From assembly GCA_963796965.1 (NCBI GenBank), contig CAWCNS010000004.1, positions 288,001 to 352,000 on the forward strand: a stretch of DNA of 64,000 nucleotides, written 5' to 3'. The stretch comes from Calditrichia bacterium (GTDB lineage Bacteria > Calditrichota > Calditrichia > JAJRVZ01). Positions 1-11,217 of the stretch are shown in pieces. Within the stretch, counting starts at the first letter, position 1; each line of letters begins with the position of its first letter. The translations under genes and the position numbers were made by a program. The notes beneath the pieces were generated by a model. The model saw nothing but the letters and a program-made list of their open reading frames with translations, made no database searches and was not told where the DNA came from.

Positions 1-1
1 C

Positions 2-1896
2 GCCGGGGAGATTGCTCTTCTTTCGTTTCCAGATGATGGGGAGAATGTTTTGACCAATTTTGATTTCAAGTCATTAGTAACAACACCATTCTTGAATTCC
101 GACGATCGACTCTTTCTAAATGATAAAGAGATATCGATATTCTGTGATACGAAAGATGCAAAAATCTACTACACTTTAGATGGTAGTGAACCAGATAAAA
201 CGTCAACAACCTATTTCAAGCCCATTACCATTGAGAAAACAACAACACTAAAAATGCGCGCATTTGTAAGGGATCGATCCAGTCCTGTGGCTACAGTTTC
301 TTTTAAAAAAGCAGAATATGAAAAGTCTGTTAGGCATGGTTCAGTCGAACCCGGGATTTTATTTAAATATTACGAGGGTAATTTTCAACGTATTGAGGAC
401 TTCTCCAAATTGCAACCTCAAAAATCCGGGATAGTGGAAAATTTTTCCACTGTTCACACATAACAAGAAAGAAAATTTTGCCTTTGATTTTAGCGGATAT
501 ATTGAAATTCCAGAAGATGGACTTTATACTTTTTATTTATCATCAAATGATGGTTCATATGCTCTATCTAAATGACCGCCTGTTAATCAATCATGATGGA
601 CTGCACAATGCCGATTTCGAGAAATCCGGAACAATTGCATTAAAGCCAGGTATGCATGCTATCTCTATAAAATATTTCCAGGGAGGAGGGTCACATAAAT
701 TGAGTATAAGATGGGAAGGACCGGGATTTGAAAAAACCGAAATTCCAAATTCGGTTTTATTTCATAAAGATCAAAGTTTCCATAATGCAGTCCTGTGGCT
801 GGAAAAAGAAGCAGATCGCATCATCAGAGCCTCTAAACGAACGATGAATGATGGCATTGCTGCATTTCCACCGCAGGTAGGGATTGGATATGAGGCTTTC
901 TGGCTGAGGGATTATGCTTATATGCTTGAAGGGTCGATCAATTCATTTTCGGATAAGGAACTTACCGATGCCTGCAATTTATTTGTTCGTCATATTCGTG
1001 CAGATGGAGCTGGGGTAGATTGTATCAAATTTGATGAGACACCGATCTATAAACCTGGCTTTGGATCAATGGGAAAAAATCCTGTCGCAGATGGATCCCA
1101 ATTTACAGTAGATGTTGCCTGGCATACCTATCAGAAGACAAAAGACAAGAACCTGCTTAGGCAGATTATTGATCCTTTGATTAAGACTTTAAAAGCAACA
1201 CCACGCAATCCCGCTACGCATCTTGTCCACATTGTTCCGGGTGATGAGCAGGAACGATGTCCCTATGGCTTTACTGATACAATTGGCAAGCAAGGGGATC
1301 TGTTGTTTTGCTCGCTTCTATATGTTCAGGCCAGCCGACAACTTTCTGACCTTTTAAAGGTACTGGGAAGGGAAGAAGAATCTCAAGAGTGGAAGACGGA
1401 AAGTGAGATGATGGCCGAGAATATCGCTACAACCTTCTGGGATTCAGAATCAGGATTATTCTGGGCTGCCACAGTACAATGTAAACAATCAGATATTTGG
1501 GGGTCTGCCTTTGCTGTGTATCTTGGGGTCGCAAATGAAATACAGGCAAGATCTATTGCCACCTATTTTAAAAATAATTATTCTTCGATTGTGAAAAATG
1601 GTCAGATCAGGCATTTACCCGGAGGGATGTATTGGGAACAGGCCGTATCTAAACCGGATACGTACCAGAATGGGGCGTATTGGGGTACACCAACAGGCTG
1701 GTTTGTTTACACGCTGGACCTGGTGGATCCAAATTTGGCAGATCAAACGGTAATTGATATGGTTAATGATTATAAAGAGCACGGTGCCAACGAGTGGATC
1801 TCAGACAAAGAATATAAATTACCAAATTATCTGGCTAATGCCTCTTTACCGTTGGCAGGGATTCGTGCAATGATTGAACACAGAAATAAAAATTAA
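2..1896 (+). CDS. 5'-truncated multidomain glycoside hydrolase: chitobiase/FN3-associated domain + PA14 + six-hairpin (alpha/alpha)6 domain; two frameshifts near 458 and 558
   Basis: Frame open from the window edge. IYYTLDGSEP motif. The PA14 segment ENFAFDFSGYIEIPEDGLYTFYLSSNDGS is readable in a third frame between ORFs 50..463 and 478..1896. FWLRDYAY and YQNGAYW follow. Confidence 0.7.
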
Positions 1897-1979
1897 TATA
1901 ATATAGAGACCTAAAAAAATAGTCAATAGTAATATTAGAATAGTGTAATAGTCTTTTCCCTCATTAAGGAGATCCAAAG

Positions 1980-3770
1980 TTGAACATTAGCATGAATCAA
2001 TTTAGTTTAATTATTGTTTTTTCTATAATAATTATACTGACTTCATGTAACACTGAGCAAAATCACAAAATAGAAGATGAGGGTAAAGAGGTTACGTTAC
2101 TTCTTGAACCAAGGTTTGGTAATCCAAAGAATTTCAGTGGTGATTTTATTCGGTTAAAAGACGGCCGTATTTTGTATTTATATGCATATGGTGTAGGAGA
2201 TGTCGTAGCAGACGACGCTCCCCATTGCACAGTTGCCCGTTATTCCAGTGATGACGGTAAAACGTGGACATCAGATGACGTTATCGTACACATTGAAGGA
2301 GGCCTCTCTTTTTTACGATTACCCGACGGTCGCATCGCCCTGTTTTATCTCCGCGCTAAAGATTCCGGTAAAAACCTATATCCCTATATGATCATCTCCA
2401 AAGATGAAGCAAAGACATGGAGTCCCCCGATTGAAATAGTCAAGAACCCCGGGTATTATACTATAAATAATGATCGTATTATACTGTTAAAAAATGGAAG
2501 AATTATTTGCCCGGTTGCATATTATGTGACTGATGGATCAAGCGACAACAATGGGATATATTCCTACTATTCTGATGATAGTGGCGAAACCTGGTGCAAG
2601 TCTCAACCTGTTCCAAATCCAAATCATGTAGAATTACAGGAGCCTGGAGTTGTGGAATTAAAGAATGGTGAAGTAATGATGTTTATTCGCACTCGTTTGG
2701 GGGTACAATATCTCTCCTATTCCCGGGACAAAGGTGAACATTGGACTCCGGTTCAACCAGGCAACATTCGATCACCCCTTTCGCCGGCATCAATCAAGCG
2801 TATTCCCTCAACAGGTGATCTCCTGCTTGTATGGAACGATAACTATGATCCGGGACATAAAGATGGTGGCAATCGTTCACCACTCAGCATGGCAATATCA
2901 CGGGATGACGGTAAATCCTGGGAAAAAAAGAAAACCATTGAAGGCAATCCGTATGGATGGTACTGCTATACAGCTATTCGATTTTTCGGTGACTATGTCC
3001 TCATGGGTCATGCCACAGGAAATATGAATGAGTATGTCGGTTTAGCAGCTACACAGGTGACTCGGTTAAGTTTAGATTGGGTATATAGAGAAGCAACACC
3101 CAGACCCACTATCGAATCTACTAGCAGCAATTTGGTGGAGTTAAATTGCTCTGATAAAGGGGCGAGAATTTACTACAGTCTTGAACGAAAGATGCCAGAT
3201 ATATTGTATGATTCACCAATCTCAATTTCGCATACAACACCTTTGTGGGTGCAGGCAATAACAAAAGGGAAAGCCAGAAGTGAACTTATTACAACTTATG
3301 TTGGAACGGATATTCTTCAACCATCTTTAAAAACGATTGGTAGTAAAAGGCAAGGCTTAGCTTATGATTACTACGAAGGTATCGTTCCTACAGTTGACAG
3401 CATTGAAAATTTAACCCTTAAAGCAAGAGGTATTACAGAAAATATTAATATTAAAAATCGTATGCGGGATACAAATTTTGCTTTTTTATTCAACGGTTAT
3501 ATTAAAATTCCAGTAGATGGGAAATATACTTTTTATCTTGCTTCCAATGACGGCAGTGCGTTGTATCTTGATAATCATGAACTTATCAATCATGATGGGG
3601 CACATGCTATTACAGAAAAATCTGCTGCGGTTACACTCCGCAAAGGAAAACATAAAATTATTTTAAAGTATTTTCAAATGCAGGGCGGACTAGGCTTGAG
3701 ACTCTACTGGAAAGGACCTGGATTTGAAAAGCAAGGTATTCCTGATTCGGTATTGTTTAATAAGAATTAA
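1980..3770 (+). CDS. Sialidase-family (GH33-like, Asp-box) lipoprotein with C-terminal PA14 domain
   Basis: Lipobox LTSC; Asp-boxes SSDDGKTW, SKDEAKTW, SDDSGETW, SRDKGEHW, SRDDGKSW; PA14 motif YTFYLASNDGS. Confidence 0.85.
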   Translation: MNISMNQFSLIIVFSIIIILTSCNTEQNHKIEDEGKEVTLLLEPRFGNPKNFSGDFIRLKDGRILYLYAYGVGDVVADDAPHCTVARYSSDDGKTWTSDDVIVHIEGGLSFLRLPDGRIALFYLRAKDSGKNLYPYMIISKDEAKTWSPPIEIVKNPGYYTINNDRIILLKNGRIICPVAYYVTDGSSDNNGIYSYYSDDSGETWCKSQPVPNPNHVELQEPGVVELKNGEVMMFIRTRLGVQYLSYSRDKGEHWTPVQPGNIRSPLSPASIKRIPSTGDLLLVWNDNYDPGHKDGGNRSPLSMAISRDDGKSWEKKKTIEGNPYGWYCYTAIRFFGDYVLMGHATGNMNEYVGLAATQVTRLSLDWVYREATPRPTIESTSSNLVELNCSDKGARIYYSLERKMPDILYDSPISISHTTPLWVQAITKGKARSELITTYVGTDILQPSLKTIGSKRQGLAYDYYEGIVPTVDSIENLTLKARGITENINIKNRMRDTNFAFLFNGYIKIPVDGKYTFYLASNDGSALYLDNHELINHDGAHAITEKSAAVTLRKGKHKIILKYFQMQGGLGLRLYWKGPGFEKQGIPDSVLFNKN

Positions 3771-4000
3771 GGATTCCATAATTCTTTATTGAGGTTGGGT
3801 AATAAAACACATCGTGTTAACCGGGCTATGGTTAAATGCAGAATTAAATTTTAATTTATTTGTATATACAACGGAGCGTCATAAATAAATGAAATATATT
3901 GTCATATTCCTAATTTCGGCTTTATCTGGAATTTTAAGTTTTTTCACTACTTAGACTTCATTTACAGACGGGCAATATCGTAAGGGTTTATATTATTATT

Positions 4001-4187
4001 AACGCTGAGTTCGCAGAGAACGCAAAGAAGATTATTAACTCTTATAACTATAAACTTACCTCCGACTAGGTAAAAAGTAATAATAAATCAATCCTTCTAT
4101 TTAATAAGAAAAGGGATGTCCTGGTTTGTTTGCAATTTAAAAGAATAACTCTGCGGAACTCAGCGATCTCAGCGTCTCTCTGCGTTT
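4001..4187. repeat. Intergenic inverted-repeat element (CGCAGAG/CGCTGAG units) around an AT-rich spacer
   Basis: Left arm aacgctgagttcgcagagaacgcaaag (4001-4027); right arm ctctgcggaactcagcgatctcagcgtctctctgcgttt (4149-4187). Confidence 0.8.
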
Positions 4188-4283
4188 ACAAAGAATTACA
4201 TTTATGAAGAATCAGAATATACACATCAAAATACTAATTATAGAAACGACCATTTCGTGTGAAGTAGAACGAAGAGAATAAAA

Positions 4284-6840
4284 ATGAAAATGAATCATTC
4301 ATTAATATTTTATCTATTTATAAGTCTGCTTTTCTTACCCTTTGTTGTACTATCCCAGGATTGGAAAGTAAACAGTGATTACTGGACAGCCACCGATGCG
4401 CTTGGTAGGGAAACACCAAACCAAAGTGAGGTGGGTTCAAAAAAGAGTGACAAATATATTGCCATGTTTTACTGGACCTGGCATACGGATGATCTTGCCG
4501 AATTTTCACCAGTGATGAATATCTCGGAAATTCTATCTCAATATCCCGGAGCCGCATATGATGCAGACCATCTGGCATGGAAGGGGATCTGGGGAGGCGT
4601 TTTCTGGTGGGATGAACCCTTATTTGGTTATTACCGGACAACCGATGAATGGATACTGCGAAAACATGCTGAGATGCTTGCAGATGCCGGCGTAGATGTG
4701 GTTATCTTCGATTGTACCAATGGGAGTTTTACCTGGAAAAGCTCATATATGAAATTACTGGAAGTGTGGGATCAGGCCATGAAGGATGGGGTTAAAACAC
4801 CTCAGATTGCATTTTTACTTCCTTTCAGTACAACCGATGGTTCTTTGGTATCAATCAAAGAATTATATAAAGATTTATATCAACCCGGACGGTATCAGAA
4901 TCTCTGGTTTATGTGGCAAGGAAAACCGCTTATAATGGCATATCCGGAGGTGTTAAAACCTAATAAAGGTGATACAGCCGGATTGAAATTTACAGCAGCA
5001 TCGCCTTTTACGGCAATTGATGTAACCTGCCCTAGCTGGGGCAATAATATCGGGAATCTCACCTTAAAACTCTTTAAATGGAAATCCTCCTATCTTATTA
5101 CGGTAGTTGATACACCAATTGCTGAAAAAATATTTGTTAATTTTTCAGACAATGAACGTCTTCGCCTATCCTTTGTTCAACAGGAGCCCGGGGATTATCT
5201 CTGGCAGCTGAGTAACGGTACAGAAGTTGTTGGTGTTTGGAAATATCCCGAAAGCAATGACCCGGCTGTAAGTTATTTTAACAAAGAAGTTGTAAGTGGT
5301 AACTATGAATGTGGAATTCTTTATACCATCAATTCGGTATTCAGTCCTATAACTAAAGGATCTTCACATATTCCTGTTCAGATTTCGCCGGCTACAGAGG
5401 CAGGATTAGCCGATAGTATAAAGAGTTTTTTTACCTTTCGCCCCGGCCAACCGGATTATGTCAACGGTCCTTCCCGGGGTGATCAATGGGGTTGGCTTGA
5501 AAATTACCCCCAACATGGTTATGTCGGATCTTCGGAAAAAGGCTATGAACAGGTCACCGTAGGAGTGGCACAAAATGCGAGAGATGCCAGTGACGGGCAT
5601 TGTTATGCATTTAATGCACCAGGCAGCTTATGGCCGGAGTTATACACAAAAAAACGGTCAAGATCCCCATCCCGAAGCGTATTTATTTGGACTCAATTTT
5701 GCAGAACAATGGGAAAGGGCATATGAACTCGATCCTGATTTGGTCTTTATCACAGGCTGGAATGAGTGGATAGCGGGACGGCATGAAAACTGGCCTCCGG
5801 CAGATCCTTATAAACCTTTTGCTTTCCCCGATCAGTATGACTGGGATAGGAGCCGGGATATTGAACCGGTTAAGGCCTGGGGAAAAAAGGGGGATGTCTA
5901 TTACATTCAATTGGTGAACAAAATCCGTAAATTTAAAGGAATGGAAAAACAGGATGCCACATCAGCTGAAAAAAGTATAGATATGGAAGTCCTTGACGGT
6001 TGGACAGATGTGAAGCCGGAGTATTGGCATTATAAAGGCAATACCATCCATCGTGATCACAAGGGACAGGGTGATAATCTTGTTTATAAAAATACAAGCG
6101 GCCGTAACGATATTGTACTGGCTAAAATTGCGCGTGATAATAACGATATCTATTTTTATGTTGAAACAGCTGACGATTTTTCGCCAAAAACTGATCCCAA
6201 GTGGATGCGTTTGTTTATTGATAGTGATCGTAATAAAATGACGGGTTGGGAAGGATATGATTTTATAGTCAATCGTTTTAACCCGGGTGATTCTTCAAAA
6301 GTTGAGAAAAGCCAAAAGGAATGGGATTGGGAAGAAGTTGGTTCTGCCGCTTATGTTGTTCATGGTAATGTGCTGCAATTAAAGGTAGAAAGATCCATAT
6401 TGGGTCTGCAAAATACAGAAGACTTCGAATTTGAATTTAAATGGAGTGATAATATGCAGCAGGATGGCAATATCATGGATTTTTATCTAAACGGTGATGT
6501 TGCACCCGGCGGGCGTTTTAATTTTGTATATAGTACTGATAATGCAACGGGTCTAAGTGAAAAAAAAGAGTTGCCCGTACATTTTTCATTGCTGCAAAAT
6601 TACCCTAATCCATTTAATAGCATGACAACCATTAAATATGATCTCTCTGAAGCGGGACCCGTTCAATTATCGGTCTATGATATTTCCGGAAGGAAAATAG
6701 TAGTTCTGGTTGATACTGTCCAGCGTGCAGGTACCCATGACATACTTTGGTCGGCTGAAAATTTTTCAAGTGGTATCTATTGGTTATCCCTTAAGACCAG
6801 TGGCGGTTCACAGCATAGAAAAATGCTCCTGGTAAAATGA
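4284..6840 (+). CDS. Secreted putative glycoside hydrolase (GH99/GH71-like TIM barrel) with C-terminal FlgD/T9SS-like domain; frameshift near 5625
   Basis: Signal peptide; MFYWTWH, FWWDEPLFGYY and FITGWNEW motifs; C-terminal LLQNYPNPFN...KMLLVK; overlapping ORFs 4284..5726 and 5575..6840. Confidence 0.65.
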
Positions 6841-6879
6841 TTCTGGATACTCGATTCTCGATTAATTATTTGAAATAAC

Positions 6880-6968
6880 CTTCGTGGTTTTCGTGAATCC
6901 TTTGTGTCCTTCGTGATAATCTTCTAGTATCACGAAGTGGCACGAAGCAGGCACGGAGAGCCGCGAAG
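6880..6968. repeat. Palindromic cluster of four TTCGTG-like units followed by four CACGAAG-like units
   Basis: Perfect 10-bp stem cttcgtgata (6909-6918) / tatcacgaag (6928-6937), extended by degenerate units. Confidence 0.8.
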
Positions 6969-7046
6969 ATTTTAAGTATTATTTTTATATTGGTACTTAG
7001 ATATAGATATTCTGTTGATCCTGTATAAAAATAAAATTTAAAAGAA

Positions 7047-9320
7047 ATGGGAAAATACATGCGCAAACCAGCAGTTCTTTTTATACTATTTACTATTGTA
7101 ATTCTTCTGGCATGTGGTGATACAAATTCAGATAATTCCTATGAAAACGTGATGCCGACCCTGGGATGTTGGTTCTGGTCAAGTGCTGTATTTGAACCTG
7201 AAGGTTATAAACTTTTTCTGGATCAAGTCAGCAAGCACTCCCCATACAATCTTTTAACAACCAGCATCAGAGCCCCGGAAAAAGAAGTGACAGATGATGA
7301 TGTGCATGCACAAATTAAAGCCGCGGCACTCTATGCTCAAAAACTGGGTATTCCTATTATTATGGATCTCGATGTGAGGTTGGCCCGGCGTGCGTTTGCA
7401 ATTAAATATCCTGATGAGATGCAGGAAATGTTACTCCTTGAAGAAGTAATACTTACACATAAAAAATCTGCCGAGATTGCGGTACATAGTCATGATCTTA
7501 CGGATCATTATACAAATTCGACAACACATTATATCCCTCTGGCAGGTAAACTACAGCGTGTCTATGCCTATGATCGGGATGCCGGGGGTATAGTACCAAA
7601 TACCCTGGAAGATATAACGAATGCCTGTGATGTGATATCTGTATCAAAAGATTCAGTCCAGGTCCGTATTCCGGTTGACCATAAGATCAAGGGAAAGTAT
7701 GCCTGTGCGATGGTCACTTTTACACATCTTTCTCCTGATGTTTTTGCACCACATTTAATGGCCTTTCAACGTGATATTATAAAGAAATATGCGGATACAC
7801 CATTGGCCGGCATTTGTAAAGACGAATGGGGATTTCCTCCTAACTTTGACGGGGTTCCTAATAAAGATCAATTTTGGTATTCAAAACACCGTGCCACGGC
7901 TTATGAAAAGAGGACCGGGGGGCGTGAACTATTGAAGGACTGTCTCTTAATGCACGCGGGTGTAAAGGGTAAGGAAGAGGAACGTCTCCTGGCCATAAAT
8001 CATTTCATGGAGATGAATTTGCAGCGAAATGGTGAGTTAGAAAATGATTTTTATAAAAGCGTAAAGGAGATTTTTGGGACCAAGGCTGTTGTTGCAACGC
8101 ATCCTACCTGGTGGCCTTATCCCGATTTGCGTGAGTTTAAAAAAAATGGTTTGGATTGGTGGATTGCAACACGGGACTGGGCTCAGACAGATGAGTTGAC
8201 CCCCTTTGCTGCCCGAACCGCTCTCAGTAAAAAATGGTCAAGCCCGGTTTGGTATAACATGTATTATTCAAGCAAAATTATCAATTATGAACGATCCATA
8301 TGGAGCGCTGTACTTGGAGGAGGGAGGATCAATTATCACCCCCCTTATCCGGTAACAAATCCCGATAAACTCCGAAACGAGCTTCTGCGTGGAGATCTAA
8401 TGCGTGCAGAAAGCCGTGTTCGATTATTAAACTATATTAGTCGAAGTCCGCTGGATTGTCCTGTGGCAGTTCTTTTTGGTCATACTTCTGCAATGAATTG
8501 GGCAGGTCCTGGTTATAATGATGTGGGCATGGAAGTGGCCGATAATTTCTGGCGCGAAGGATTTCCTGCAGATCTGATTCCAAGCAGCGAAATTGAGAAT
8601 AAAAGTCTATATCTCGATAAAGAAGGATGGATTTGTTATGGCGCACAGCGCTATGCAGCAGTTGTCCTCTATTATCCAGAATTTGAAAAATCCTCTACGG
8701 CCGCTTTTTTTAACAAGGCTGCCAAAGGATCAACTAAACTATTCCGGGTTGGAGACTGGACCCAGGACTTCAATGGCAAGGCAGTTGATGGCAACAGGGC
8801 CCTTCCGGAATCAATGACCTACTATTCTGATGCGACATCTGTAGTGAAAGATATTTGTGATTTTTTAAACAGACAAAGTATCGAACGGCAGTCCTCTGCG
8901 ACAGACAGTTTGGTTGGTTTTCTTAATGTCTCCAGTTCCCCGCCTACAACAGGATTTTGTCGTCTAATTGATGGAACCATAATCCAGGTTGCAGGGACAA
9001 ATAACGTTGCTGGTGATCCCATTCAAGCCACCCATACAATTAAGGGTCATGAGATTGTTTTTGATGCAGAAGGATTGGCAGCTGTTCGGTTGGATGAGAA
9101 AGGCAGTATCGAAGCTCTGGCGGCAGGAGGATTGAAATATTTTAAGGTGGATGATTTTGTAATTTCACTGGACAATCGAATTGATTTGGCGCTCTGGAAA
9201 GATGAAAAGGGTAAATTATGCGGCCTTTTACAAGGCTGGCAGGGCACCATGCCTGCAACTTTGCTGGCTATTACACAAGACTGGAGACATTTGGATGTTC
9301 CGGTTCCACTCTCAGAATAA
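7047..9320 (+). CDS. Hypothetical lipoprotein, possibly an unclassified glycoside hydrolase
   Basis: 757-aa ORF (probable start 7059), lipobox LLAC, KDEWGFPP motif, CAZyme neighbourhood. Confidence 0.6.
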   Translation: MGKYMRKPAVLFILFTIVILLACGDTNSDNSYENVMPTLGCWFWSSAVFEPEGYKLFLDQVSKHSPYNLLTTSIRAPEKEVTDDDVHAQIKAAALYAQKLGIPIIMDLDVRLARRAFAIKYPDEMQEMLLLEEVILTHKKSAEIAVHSHDLTDHYTNSTTHYIPLAGKLQRVYAYDRDAGGIVPNTLEDITNACDVISVSKDSVQVRIPVDHKIKGKYACAMVTFTHLSPDVFAPHLMAFQRDIIKKYADTPLAGICKDEWGFPPNFDGVPNKDQFWYSKHRATAYEKRTGGRELLKDCLLMHAGVKGKEEERLLAINHFMEMNLQRNGELENDFYKSVKEIFGTKAVVATHPTWWPYPDLREFKKNGLDWWIATRDWAQTDELTPFAARTALSKKWSSPVWYNMYYSSKIINYERSIWSAVLGGGRINYHPPYPVTNPDKLRNELLRGDLMRAESRVRLLNYISRSPLDCPVAVLFGHTSAMNWAGPGYNDVGMEVADNFWREGFPADLIPSSEIENKSLYLDKEGWICYGAQRYAAVVLYYPEFEKSSTAAFFNKAAKGSTKLFRVGDWTQDFNGKAVDGNRALPESMTYYSDATSVVKDICDFLNRQSIERQSSATDSLVGFLNVSSSPPTTGFCRLIDGTIIQVAGTNNVAGDPIQATHTIKGHEIVFDAEGLAAVRLDEKGSIEALAAGGLKYFKVDDFVISLDNRIDLALWKDEKGKLCGLLQGWQGTMPATLLAITQDWRHLDVPVPLSE

Positions 9321-9391
9321 AAATATTTATATGATACTATAGAATTATCTGATATTTCACTATCTTGGCTGAAATATAGACCGAAAAAAGA

Positions 9392-11110
9392 ATGAAAAAT
9401 TTTATGAGAAGCACTTCGAAGACTATATTTGTGAATATGTTAATGCTAATATATTTATTATTCGCTCTACCTGTTATAGCAGAAAAGCAGCCTGAGCTAA
9501 GTGTGAAATCTTTTGCAATAGTTTTACCGGAGGACGTAACACCGGTGCTCAAGAATCTTGCATCCATCATAGAACGGCAGATTTTACAACGGTGTAACGC
9601 GCAGCCTATAACCGGCGCTAATGCAGATGTAAAGATAGAACTAGTGATTGGCAAAAACATTGAAAAAGAGACCTTTCGCATCGAAGATGGTAAAAGTAAT
9701 GTCATACGAATTATTGGAGGCGACGAAAAGGGTGTGTTTTTTGGTATTGGAAAATTTCTACGATCATCCCGCTATAACCAAAATGGATTTTTCCCTGGGG
9801 CATGGCGAGGAACTTCCGCGCCCGATTGTCCTGTACGAGCTATTTATTTAGCATCACATTTTAATAATTATTATGAAGCAGCACCCATAGAAGAGGTTGT
9901 TGAATATATTCAGGATCTTGGTTTATGGGGTTACAATACGATCATCATAACTTATCCCTCCTGGCAATTTGCTGACATGGAAGATAAATTAGCACAGAAT
10001 TGGATTAAGCGATTCAAGGCTATTCTTTCCAAAACAAAAGAGTGTGGATTAAATATTGGTTTGATCCACTGTCCGAACCAGGGATACAAATCCACACCAT
10101 CTGGATTAAGGGGAACTACAATCCCAGGCAACCGGCGGGGAAACCATGGTGTTAATTTATGCCCAAGTAAACCGGAATCCCAAAAACTACTTGTTCGCTT
10201 ATATGGCGATCTCTATGATCAATTCGTGGATGTCGATATTGATTATTTTATCTTATGGCCTTACGACGAGGGAGGGTGCGCTTGTAGCCAATGCTGGCCG
10301 TGGGGTGCAAGGGGCTTCCTCAAAATATCGAGAGAAATAGAAAAAACAATTAAAATTAGTTATCCGAACAGTAAAATTATTTTATCGACATGGTGTTTTG
10401 AAAACGAAGATGATTCTAATCCTGATGGAGAATGGGTAGGATTGAAAAAATCTCTGGAGAGAAATACGGGTTGGGTGGATTATATCATGGCGGATGGGCA
10501 TGATGACTACTTTCCAAAATATTTATTGGAACAGGGCATACCTGGTGACCTGCCACTGTTAAATTTTCCAGAGATCAGTATGTTCGGTATGTCCCCGTGG
10601 GGTGGATACGGTACTAATCCGGCACCAGAGCATTTTCAGCTACTCTGGGATCGTATTAAGGATATCGACTCTGGTGGCGCACCCTATTCCGAAGGAATTT
10701 ATGAAGATATAAACAAGGTAATTATTGCTGGTTTTTACTGGAACCGTGACTGCAAAGCAGTAGATGCTGTGAGGGAATATCTATCGTTCGAGTTCTCTCC
10801 AGATGTGGCTGATGAAATGCTGGAGGTGGTGAGAATTTTTGAACAAAATCATAGTAGAAAAAATATTCAGTATAATGCGGTTCAGGCTTTTGAACTGGTA
10901 AGTAATACTGAAATTCATCTTACAGATAAAGTTCGGAATAGCTGGCGCTGGCGGATTTTTTACTTGCGTGCTTTAATTGATAAGGAACTCTATCAAAGAA
11001 ACGGAAAGCTAGAGGGAGATATTCTGAAAGATGCATTTCAAGAACTCACCCGGCTTTACCATGCAGAATATGCTCATTCGATGCCGATTAAGCCGCTCAG
11101 TATCGAATAA
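9392..11110 (+). CDS. Secreted hypothetical protein with GH20/GH67-like N-terminal domain and putative TIM barrel
   Basis: Signal peptide; ETFRIE..IRIIGGDEKGVFFGIGKFLR resembles the hexosaminidase domain-2 signature; WPYDEGGCAC. Confidence 0.55.
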   Translation: MKNFMRSTSKTIFVNMLMLIYLLFALPVIAEKQPELSVKSFAIVLPEDVTPVLKNLASIIERQILQRCNAQPITGANADVKIELVIGKNIEKETFRIEDGKSNVIRIIGGDEKGVFFGIGKFLRSSRYNQNGFFPGAWRGTSAPDCPVRAIYLASHFNNYYEAAPIEEVVEYIQDLGLWGYNTIIITYPSWQFADMEDKLAQNWIKRFKAILSKTKECGLNIGLIHCPNQGYKSTPSGLRGTTIPGNRRGNHGVNLCPSKPESQKLLVRLYGDLYDQFVDVDIDYFILWPYDEGGCACSQCWPWGARGFLKISREIEKTIKISYPNSKIILSTWCFENEDDSNPDGEWVGLKKSLERNTGWVDYIMADGHDDYFPKYLLEQGIPGDLPLLNFPEISMFGMSPWGGYGTNPAPEHFQLLWDRIKDIDSGGAPYSEGIYEDINKVIIAGFYWNRDCKAVDAVREYLSFEFSPDVADEMLEVVRIFEQNHSRKNIQYNAVQAFELVSNTEIHLTDKVRNSWRWRIFYLRALIDKELYQRNGKLEGDILKDAFQELTRLYHAEYAHSMPIKPLSIE

Positions 11111-11217
11111 TCATATTTCTTATGGTTTACACGGGCACTATCGTTCTTATCCAGATCGGGAAATACAAGGAGCGAATTACACAAGAAATTTTATCAGGTA
11201 AAAAGGAATAATAGGTA

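Noticed and set aside
11160..11172. 13-bp exact match gaaatacaaggag with 39838-39850
   Set aside because: Short, purine-rich and RBS-like with no flanking similarity; probably chance.
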